Positions 1-8,193 of a stretch of 28,906 nucleotides of DNA are shown here, piece after piece. Both the position numbers and the translations under genes were made by a program. The notes beneath the pieces are model-generated. The model was not told where the DNA came from, ran no database searches, and saw only the letters and a program-made list of their open reading frames with translations. The stretch is from assembly GCA_002269645.1 (NCBI GenBank), contig NIVC01004997.1:1-28906 (forward strand), given 5' to 3'. Each line of letters opens with the position of its first letter. Within the stretch, counting starts at the first letter, position 1. The stretch is from Macrostomum lignano (Eukaryota).

Positions 1-1
1 G

Positions 2-330
2 CTTGTGCTTGAATATGCCGACTTAGTGCACAGTTCACTGCCTTGGAACTCCTGAACAGACTGCGGTCCCGGCGTCGTTAAATATCGCTTGATGGTCTTT
101 CTCTAATTGGCACTTTAAGCTTATGTAGTACGAGATGCGACGTACGCTTGTCGACATGATACAGTCCACTCTGACTTGTATTTGAAAAATAGTCTATGGT
201 CATAGACTGACTACCTCCACCCGAGCTGTTCTACCGAGACTGCGTGTTATTGCCTTTCTAGACGCATAGACTACTAGCCTATAGGGAAGTCAATGCATTC
301 ATTTGCAGTCGGGATGTAGTGGTATAAACA
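2..330 (+). mobile_element. Possible decayed LINE (CR1/L2-like) ORF2 C-terminal remnant
   Basis: Frame +2 begins LVLEYADLVHSSL, resembling the PxLEYAxxVW motif that follows the RT core in CR1/L2 elements. The downstream sequence has stops and frameshifts. Single weak motif. Confidence 0.2.
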
Positions 331-480
331 TGCGAGCGCCTGTTAAAGGAGGAGCCGCCCAAGTTTCTGAGCATCCCTACTTCAGAACAATATACCATTG
401 TATATATACTTTAGCACTTGCATTTCACAGTCAAGATTGCTTTAAAAATGTATGCACACTTCATATTAGTTAATATGTAG

Positions 481-835
481 TGCATGCGCCCTTGTCAGTT
501 GGCAGGGCGCGTTGCACTTTGGGGCTGGTTGGGGGGGTTGGCGGGCGTGGCAGGGTTTGGCCGCCGGCCGGGCTTTGCGCGTGCCCCTCCCCAGCCGTGC
601 CCTGCCCCGTGCTCAGCGGCTGGTTGGCTGCGGCCGGGCCAGCTTTGGCGCGGGTGCAGCCCCTCCCCCTTAGCGGGGTTTTGATTGGCTGGGCCGGCGT
701 GGTTTGTTTTGGTGAGCTTAGCCGGTGGGGCCGTCTGCCCCAGGGTTTGGGTGCTATTTATGGTGCGACTCTGGCTCTTGCCCACCTCCTGCGTGCTTTT
801 TGTGTTTTGGTGTGCTCCGAGAGTGCAAGCGCGAG
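481..835. promoter_or_regulatory. GC/CpG-rich island with inverted CCAAT and G-runs
   Basis: Abrupt switch from AT-rich to GC-rich sequence at about 481. Many CpGs, GATTGGCT at 683-690, and G tracts at 520-560. The overlapping ORFs have no convincing protein character. Confidence 0.35.
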
Positions 836-839
836 ACCT

Positions 840-1193
840 GATAAAAGAAACAGCAACATTAGCTACTTCGATAAAAGAAACAGCAACATTAGCTACTTCG
901 ATAAAAGAAACAGCAACATTAGCTACTTCGATAAAAGAAACAGCAACATTAGCTACTTCGATAAAAAGAAACAGCAACATTAGCTACTACTCGATAAAAG
1001 AACAGCAACATTAGCTACTTCGATAAAAGAAACAGCAACATTAGCTACTTCGATAAAAGAAACAGCAACATTAGCTACTTCGATAAAAGAAACAGCAACA
1101 TTAGCTACTTCGATAAAAGAAACAGCAACATTAGCTACTTCGATAAAAGAAACAGCAACAACATTAGCTACTTCGATAAAAGAAACAGCAACA
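840..1193. repeat. 30-bp minisatellite, about 12 copies (GATAAAAGAAACAGCAACATTAGCTACTTC)
   Basis: Directly visible near-perfect tandem copies with small indels near 965, 990 and 1160. Confidence 0.97.
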
Positions 1194-1356
1194 ATAGCCT
1201 AAATAGCGAGAAGAGTCTTGGAGAATTAAGAAGAAGTCGGAAACTGCGCTTGAGACCTGCGAATAATAAACGGTGAACAGTCATCTGGCCACTGGTAAGC
1301 CGCCTGCTGTTTGAGTCCTTTCTTTTCGGGAAGCTTGCTAGGCCGAATTCTTGCCA

Positions 1357-1654
1357 GAGCGTCATAACGCCGGGAGACCATATAGCTTCTGTAGTACGGT
1401 ACCGTTTACCATATATATTGCGTACGCCCTACGGTATAGAGAATAGAAGCACTCGAGAGTGTCACCACACCTCGAGCCGCAGCGTGAACTCTGAGTGTCA
1501 CAACACCAGAGGGATCGAATTATTATCGCAGAGCGTCGCCACGCCTGCTCGTCGTATTCATAAAAGTACAGACAGAGCGTCACAACGCCTGTTATATCAC
1601 ATATAATATATATGTACTCGGGACTGGGCACCCAAGCCGACCCGGGTCACAACA
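1357..1654. other. Segment with five dispersed copies of a 15-bp motif GAGYGTCRYMACRCC; LTR-like TGT...ACA ends possible at 1390-1654
   Basis: Motif copies at 1357, 1457, 1493, 1531 and 1575. TGTAGT at 1390 and ACAACA at 1649-1654. No TSD, PBS or PPT found. Confidence 0.4.
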
Positions 1655-2135
1655 AATACAAGCTAACTAAATAAACTGTTAGGATTTATTGTGATTGACT
1701 GTCAATCCCTCCTCCTTCAGTTCGTTGCGTGCTACGCGCGTGCAGGTGGCACTTGTGACTGTTGCTGAGTTTACTTAGATCTTGAAGCAGCTATGCTGCC
1801 AGAGAACTGTTTTAAAAATAGAACCTACACGCTTCACTACATATCCATAGCCACCCTTCTCTCTCTCTCAAAAAGTTTTTTCTTGAATGCAATTGCGCGT
1901 TTAATTATAGCTCATAAATTGAATTGGCTCCAGTGTACACCACACTATACACGGTAGCAAAGTGGGGTAATGTACACATCGCATCTGATATAGCTACGAG
2001 TAATGGATATTTTAGACGTTAGTTCCATGTTGGCCGATCCTGTGCCTTTATCTCACATTGCTATCGAATCTGCACTGATTAGCAATAGGCCTAATTGGCA
2101 TTGGCACTGTGACCAGTTTTTATCTGCATATCCAA

Positions 2136-2187
2136 ATGAATTGGCGCAATCAGGCCGCTGCCCTGATTGAACTGTGCCTCCTCCTAG
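2136..2187 (+). CDS. Putative first (signal-peptide) exon of the Cys-rich membrane protein gene
   Basis: ATG at 2136 gives MNWRNQAAALIELCLLL, followed by a perfect phase-1 donor CTAG|GTAAGT at 2188. Joined to the phase-1 acceptor at 3756/3757 it reads MNWRNQAAALIELCLLLVIRQLA, which is signal-peptide-like. The linkage is inferred. Confidence 0.35.
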
Positions 2188-2636
2188 GTAAGTTATAATT
2201 GGCCTGTAAATTGGCTTCGAGTTATCGCTTATTGTCAGGTAGCCGGCACTGGCATGAAAGCGGCGCGGCGGCGGCATCAAACGAACGCCCCGCGATGGCG
2301 AGTTCCAAACACACCGGGGGGGGGGGGTTCTACCCCTCCTTCCTTTGATCTGTGGGACGCCATAAACTCACGGATGCAAAAGAGGCTGCGTGGAAATCAC
2401 ACGCGATGCGGGCCCGTATAGGAAAGAACAGAAACACCGGCTGAACAGATAAGACCTAGAGGTGGTAAACTACTCGTAATTACGTACAGTGCGAATGCGA
2501 AGGTAAAAGAATCGCAGATGTTATCGATGCGTTTGTATTGTAAGGCACAATCTAATTTTGTTTTTTGTTCTTCTGTCCTCTTCGAAAAATCTAAGAGATC
2601 ATTGAGCAAATTTTCGAGGCTTTACTAAAAATGCAT

Positions 2637-2818
2637 GAGTATTTGGTAGGGCTACGGACTACCGGGTGAGTATTGGGTAGGGCTACGGACTACCGGGTGA
2701 GTATTGGGTAAAGTGGCAGACTACTGGGTGAGTATTGGGTAGGGCGGCAGACTACCGGGTGAGTATTGGGTAGGGCAGCAGACTACCGGGTGAGTATTGG
2801 GTAGGGCGGCAGACTACT
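2637..2818. repeat. 31-bp minisatellite, about 6 copies (GAGTATTGGGTAGGGCGGCAGACTACCGGGT)
   Basis: Directly visible tandem copies at 31-bp spacing. Confidence 0.95.
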
Positions 2819-3129
2819 GAAAGAGCAAAGTTAGCCAAAATACTGACAGTAATGGAGCCCGCTCTGAGCTAGGCAGACTGCCCTTGTCATACAATATCTG
2901 AAAGATAATTATGCAGTACCGGGCCTTACTATAGCAAATCGCCCCAGACTCCATCATCCCTCGAGGCTAGTCGGGAATCCATTTTACAGTAAGGCTGGCA
3001 TTACAGCTGAAGTGAATAACGAAATCACACGAAACTGTCACCATGGACGAGTAGAAAGTCAATCGGAACACACAAAACCGGTTTTGAATTATAACAGATT
3101 TTAGAGACACTGGAAACAGAGAGTGGAGA

Positions 3130-3440
3130 ACTCTGCAGAGCAAAGTCACTGCAGCTTCAAATGGTACTACTCATTGTACTCAACAGAAAATTCCGCCCTA
3201 GAAATGTCCAATCCAGAATTCAGCGCACCCTACCTACCTGTCACAGTTTAGATTAGCAAACCATAAACTGTGATGTGAAACAGTGAGGACTACAAGACAT
3301 AAAGATCCCTTACGAGAACAGGGCCTGTCCAAAGTGCCATGTGGGGTAGAAAGTGAAGTTCACTTCCTGTTCAAGTGCAGCTGGAACTTTTATAGTGCTC
3401 CCCGCGATAAATTTGAACTTAAAACCTCACTGCAGAGGAT
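3130..3440 (+). mobile_element. Decayed LINE ORF2 C-terminal fragment (Zn-knuckle-like region)
   Basis: One frame from 3238 reads LSQFRLANHKL*CETVR...PCGVESEVHFLFKC...Y..PR. This matches the FRLxxHxLxxETGR...CxxC...ExxxHFLxxC pattern at the end of many invertebrate LINE ORF2s. It contains an in-frame stop. Confidence 0.6.
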
Positions 3441-3756
3441 AAAAAGTTTACCTAATGACTCAAGAAGATGGATAAACAATGAAAGTTCTAGCAAAACTCT
3501 TCAAATACATGACGCTAGCTAGGATGCAGAAAAAAGCTTGAATAATCTGCTAGCGCACGAGATTTTATCTCGAGTCACTTCGAGAAATATTCTTCATTCC
3601 CTAACTTTCTGAATTTATTTTTTTACTGTATTAATCAGTTTGCGTTTGCTTCTGATAAATATTAACATAAAATATAAAAATCAGCACCTTCGGAGTTCGA
3701 ATTTATTAGCAATAAAACCTATCATAATCGAATTCGCAGGAGCTGCAGTCAACCAG

Positions 3757-4026
3757 TCATCCGGCAACTCGCGGAGCCTGAACGAACTCAAAGTGAGGTC
3801 ATGGGCCTGTCTCGTGGCGACCGGTGCAGCCGCAGCAGCCACAGCGCCTGTCAAAAGGGCCTGGAGTATCGCGGCATTGACTGCACCTGTCACAGGTGTC
3901 CGCAAGCCGGCGAGAGGCCCAGCCATCCGGTCCAGAGAGTCAGGCTGCGCTGCATCAGCCTCTTGAGTCTGTGCGAGCCACCCGAGGTCACAACTGCGAG
4001 TGTGTTTGACTTCGGAATGGAAATCG
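3757..4026 (+). CDS. Internal exon A: cysteine-rich module 1 of putative membrane protein
   Basis: Reads ...RCSRSSHSACQKGLEYRGIDCTCHRCPQAGERPSHPVQRVRLRCISLLSLCEPPEVTT..., the same Cys spacing as exon B. Candidate acceptors at 3739 and 3748 (phase 2) or 3756 (phase 1). Candidate phase-1 donors at 4000 (GTGTGT) or 4027 (GTCAGG). Confidence 0.6.
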
Positions 4027-5500
4027 GTCAGGAGAGGAGTGGGTCAGAAGAGAGTGGGTCAGGAGAGAGTGGGTCAGGAGAGGAGTGGGTCAGGAGAGAG
4101 TGGGTCAGGAAGAGTGGGTCAGGAGAGGAGTGGATCAGGAGAGGAGTGGATCAGGATCGAGGAGTGGGTCAGAAGAGAGTGGGTCAGGAGAGAGTGGGTC
4201 AGGAGAGAGTGGGTCAGGAGAGAGTGGGTCAGGAGAGGAGTGGGTCAGGAGAGGAGTGGATCAGGATCGAGGAGTGGGTCAGAAGAGAGTGGGTCAGGAG
4301 AGAGTGGGTCAGGAGAGAGTGGGTCAGGAGAGGAGTGGGTCAGGAGAGAGTGGGTCAGGAGAGAGTGGGTCAGGAGAGAGTGGGTCAGGAAAGAGTGGGT
4401 CAGGAGAGGAGTGGGTCAGGAGAGAGTGGGTCAGGAGAGGAGTGGGTCAGGAGAGAGTGGGTCAGGAGAGAGTGGGTCAGGAGAGGAGTGGGTCAGGAGA
4501 GGAGTGGGTCAGGAGAGAGTGGGTCAGGAGAGGAGTGGGTCAGGAGAGGAGGGGTCAGGAGAGGAGTGGATCAGGATCGAGGAGTGGGTCAGAAGAGAGT
4601 GGGTCAGAAGAGAGTGGGTCAGGAGAGAGTGGGTCAGGAGAGAGTGGGTCAGGAGAGAGTGGGTCAGGAGAGGAGTGGGTCAGGAGAGGAGTGGGTCAGG
4701 AGAGAGTGGGTCAGGAGAGGAGTGGGTCAGGAGAGGAGGGGGTCAGGAGAGGAGTGGATCAGGATCGAGGAGTGGGTCAGAAGAGAGTGGGTCAGGAGAG
4801 AGTGGGTCAGAAGAAAGTGGGTCAGGAGAGAGTGGGTCAGGAGAGGAGTGGGTCAGGAGAGAGTGGGTCAGGAGAGAGTGGGTCAGGAGAGGAGTGGGTC
4901 AGGAGAGAGTGGGTCAGGAGAGAGTGGGTCAGGAGAGAGTGGGTCAGGAGAGAGTGGGTCAGGAGAGAGTGGGTCAGGAAAGAGTGGGTCAGGAGAGGAG
5001 TGGGTCAGGAGAGAGTGGGTCAGGAGAGAGTGGGTCAGGAGAGGAGTGGGTCAGGAGAGAGTGGGTCAGGAAAGAGTGGGTCAGGAGAGAGTGGGTCAGG
5101 AGAGGAGTGGGTCAGGAGAGAGTGGGTCAGGAAAGAGTGGGTCAGGAGAGGAGTGGGTCAGGAGAGAGTGGGTCAGGAGAGAGTGGGTCAGGAGAGGAGT
5201 GGGTCAGGAAAGAGTGGGTCAGGAGAGGAGTGGGTCAGGAGAGAGTGGGTCAGGAGAGAGTGGGTCAGGAGAGGAGTGGGTCAGGAGAGAGTGGGTCAGG
5301 AGAGGAGTGGGTCAGGAGAGAGTGGGTCAGGAAAGAGTGGGTCAGGAGAGGAGTGGGTCAGGAGAGAGTGGGTCAGGAGAGGAGTGGGTTAGGAGAGAGT
5401 GGGTCAGGAGAGGAGTGGGTCAGGAGAGGAATGGGTCAGGAGAGAGTGGGTCAGGAGAGGAGTGGGTCAGGAGAGAGTGGGTCAGGAGAGGAGTGGGTCA
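4027..5500. repeat. 15/16-bp purine-rich minisatellite, about 95 copies (GGAGAG[G]AGTGGGTCA)
   Basis: Directly visible. It explains the three long + strand ORFs (EWVRR, RVGQE and SGSGE repeats). Confidence 0.98.
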
Positions 5501-6204
5501 GTGCTTTAATAAAAAGAGTAATTTAGCTGCATCATGAGGTCTATCTCAATAATAAAATCTGAGCAAGGCAGAAAGTGTTCGAAATTTACTTACTAAGTAG
5601 TGGAAAGGTGGAACGAACGCTGCTCAAACCGAGACAGACACGGGGACCCACATTTCTTACAGGTGCTCTATACACAACTTACAGGGTAAAGGTGCTGCAG
5701 CGAAGGCTGTTATTTTGTCTCAGTAGTGCTATTGATTGAGCTGAAAGTGTTGAAAGCACAATTAAAGATGAGTTCAATAAGAGGGCTCTGTCCGCTAAAC
5801 GCTGATTGAAAAACAGGTTAATATGTGGGGAGGCGAAACTTCCAGCTAAAACGTATAAGCGACTGCATCGCAATTAATGACTTTGATTACAGGTAAACAG
5901 CAGTCACGAGAGAATTTCCAAGAAAATATTTCTTTAGCAATTCGGGTCTTTGTTTGTTGCTTTTGACTGACTTGTGAAAATTTGAGACAACGTCAGGGCT
6001 CCCTTTTATTATTATCGATTTGAGCTGCCCTGTAAGCACCTGCTCCAGTAGAAGGGACCGCGGAATTGTTTTCGAAGAAGTTTTAGACTGTCTTGACACT
6101 CCGTATGTGAATGTTTCCTTGTAATTAATAGTTCACTGCAAACTTTTATCGACTGCACGCTGATCTGTGCCATAGCGACCACTTAATCTGAGTCAGTTAT
6201 CAGC

Positions 6205-6830
6205 TGATCTAAGCCAAAGACACGGGTCTGGGCCATAGACATTAGCTTACCTAAGCCAAAGGGTCTGGGCCATAGGCACTATAGCTTATCTAAGCCAAAG
6301 ACACGGGTCTGGACCATTTTTTTTAGAGGCAGGGGGTTTGTGTGCACCCTGGCGCACTTTAAGCGACATAGGCACACAACCGGCGAGAGGCATTACTGCC
6401 CATTCCGCCGACTCCCCTGAGCAGGCATACAAGCGCGCGGATACGTACGCAGGCACACACTCACACAGGAGTGTACAGCGGCCCTAACTTTATTTTATCG
6501 TTAGGCATTTACACTTCACTGCGCCTTGGGCGGTTGGCTCTCAAGGCCGTTAATTGCACGAGCAGAGCCAAGCCGAGATTCCAATTCAGCCCCAAATTAA
6601 TGTGACTGCACTTGGAATCGAGCCTGGGCCGCTGGTACACCAGAGCCTGCGCTAGACCGCTGGGCTACGGCCCCCCAAAAGGTCTGGACCATAGAGATTA
6701 GCTTATCTAAGCCAACGGGTCTGGGCCATAGACATTATAGCTTATCTAAGCCAAAGACATGGGTCTGGGCCATAGACACTATAACTTATCTGGGCCATAG
6801 ACACTATAGCTTATCTGGGCCATAGACACA
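6205..6830. repeat. About 42-bp degenerate tandem repeat (TTAGCTTATCTAAGCCAAAGACACGGGTCTGGGCCATAGACA) split by a SINE
   Basis: About 3 units at 6205-6317 and about 2 units plus two shortened 25-bp units at 6681-6830. Confidence 0.9.
6318..6676 (-). mobile_element. tRNA-derived SINE with poly(A) tail and 12-bp TSD
   Basis: Minus strand starts GGGGGGCCGTAGCCCAGCGGTCTAGCGC (A box TAGCCCAGCGG) and has B box GGCTCGATTCC. The A-tail appears as a T-run at 6318-6324. TSD GGTCTGGACCAT lies at 6306-6317 and 6681-6692. Confidence 0.85.
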
Positions 6831-7856
6831 AAGAGACGGTATGTTCTGCACCATAAACAACAGCTGATTTGGGTGATTGATAAATTTCGTAGAAAGTCGC
6901 ACTTTTGAAGCAAGTTCACATATTTTGATAATCTACAGTAGCACTCATTTTTCTGAAGTTTGCAAGGAGCTTAGAGTGAGCGCCAAGCGTGTGGTGCATA
7001 AATACCGGTACATAGTCATGAATACATAGTAAAACGACGGAGACGGACGGGAGTGCAATCTAATTGTAACTGAGGTGAGAAGTGAGAGCTCAAGAACTTT
7101 CCGAGTTAACCAAACCGTCTGCCCCAGTCGGTTGGAAATCAAGCTGACAAGCTCTAAGAGGTACTCGACACGGAGACGACTGGGTCGAGAGAGCACTTTG
7201 AGCTAATATGACTCATGAAGTAGTCATTAACAATGAGAGCATATGCCGCATGCCAAATGCGGTCGTGGGTTCCCCAGCGCGAAGGAATCTGCGGGTATTT
7301 TTAGCCCAATTATGCTCCTGCCGTTCAGATATCTGGTCTAAATGTCTGAGCAGTGTCTGAGCACTAATCCTTGTGGAGTTCAATAGAGCAGAACAAGAAA
7401 TACGAGTCCGGAGTCTGCAAACCGCCGGGGTCTGAGTCGTCTGAAAGATATTCGCTATTACCAGATACAGCATATAATGCCACATGCAGCTAAAGTCCTA
7501 CCTGAATCAAGCGTGTGGATGTCGGTAACAGTTTACGGTCATTAGCGTTGACCAAGAATTGCACTGTATGGAAATGTGTATGAGATAATTGGTTTTCACT
7601 TCTGCAAAGGATTTATCAGGTCAGCTAAAGCCCTACACGTATCTTCAGGTGAGCTAGCCCTACAGGTAACACCACTACCTAACACCAAATTTAGTATGCA
7701 GGTAAGATAAGACAGAAAAGTCAGGTACCGTGAACCACATCCGGGACGATAAGGTCACAAATCATCGATTATCAGATGGAATGAAACCACCAAATAATCA
7801 GATTGGATTTCATCAGATGTGCTAACCTGCGATGAACTCAATACTCAAATTTGCAG

Positions 7857-8120
7857 GCCCCCTCAACCAGCTGTCCTGCCAGAGGGCCTACCTGGGTAGC
7901 GAGGCAGCCTGCGGCACGGCTGCGGTCCGAGGCTGCCCGGCCGACAGCTACCTGACCCGGGGTTGCTCCTGTGAGATGTGCCCGAGCCGAACGACTTTCA
8001 GCAGCGGCTTCGAACTGGACTGCCTGCAGCTGCTGGGCTTCTGCCAAGGTGCCCAACTTCTTGCGGGCGGCGAGACTGGGACAAATCCTGACCAGGCGAC
8101 GACTACCCTCAGCGAACCAA
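7857..8120 (+). CDS. Internal exon B: cysteine-rich module 2 plus Thr-rich stalk
   Basis: Branch-like GCTAAC at 7821, acceptor TTTGCAG| at 7856, donor A|GTGTGA at 8121. The exon is 264 nt, phase 1-1. Reads GPLNQLSCQRAYLGSEAACGTAAVRGCPADSYLTRGCSCEMCPSRTTFSSGFELDCLQLLGFCQGAQLLAGGETGTNPDQATTTLSEP. Confidence 0.65.
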
Positions 8121-8193
8121 GTGTGATTGTTAGGACACTATCGACAGCTGTTTCCGGTTTGTCAGTTATGGATGAGCTTCTTAGTGCCTAATG

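Noticed and set aside
480-1014. Overlapping ORFs of 109-167 aa
   Set aside because: Produced by the GC-rich island plus a 30-bp (10-codon) repeat. No domain signal or splice support.
840-1193. CRISPR-like array (30-bp repeats)
   Set aside because: The units are head-to-tail without spacers, there are no cas genes, and the context is eukaryotic. The same applies to the 31-, 29- and 28-bp arrays.
1390-1654. Solo LTR (TGTAGT...ACAACA)
   Set aside because: No 4-6 bp TSD, PBS or PPT, and the internal motif also occurs outside the proposed left end (1357). Kept only as LTR-like.
2239-2345. Possible second exon after a 51-nt intron (GSRHWHESGAAAASNERPAM)
   Set aside because: The acceptor is plausible, but there is no good donor in a compatible phase before the stop at 2346.
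3681-3926. Minus-strand ELPDDWLTA resembling the LINE pre-RT P..W..A motif
   Set aside because: Better explained as the antisense shadow of Cys-rich exon A. No other RT motifs lie nearby.
4027-5537. 578/508/435-aa ORFs
   Set aside because: Read-through of a 15/16-bp repeat. Only the part before about 4026 looks like real coding sequence.
5960-6110. SWIM zinc-finger/MULE remnant (PFYYYRFELPCKHLL)
   Set aside because: The leading CxC is missing and the frame has many stops. One partial motif is insufficient.
7600-7670. Extra micro-exon with strong donor CAG|GTGAGC at 7650
   Set aside because: Phase and acceptor combinations do not give a clean fit between exons A and B, and the peptide is uninformative. 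Needs RNA evidence.
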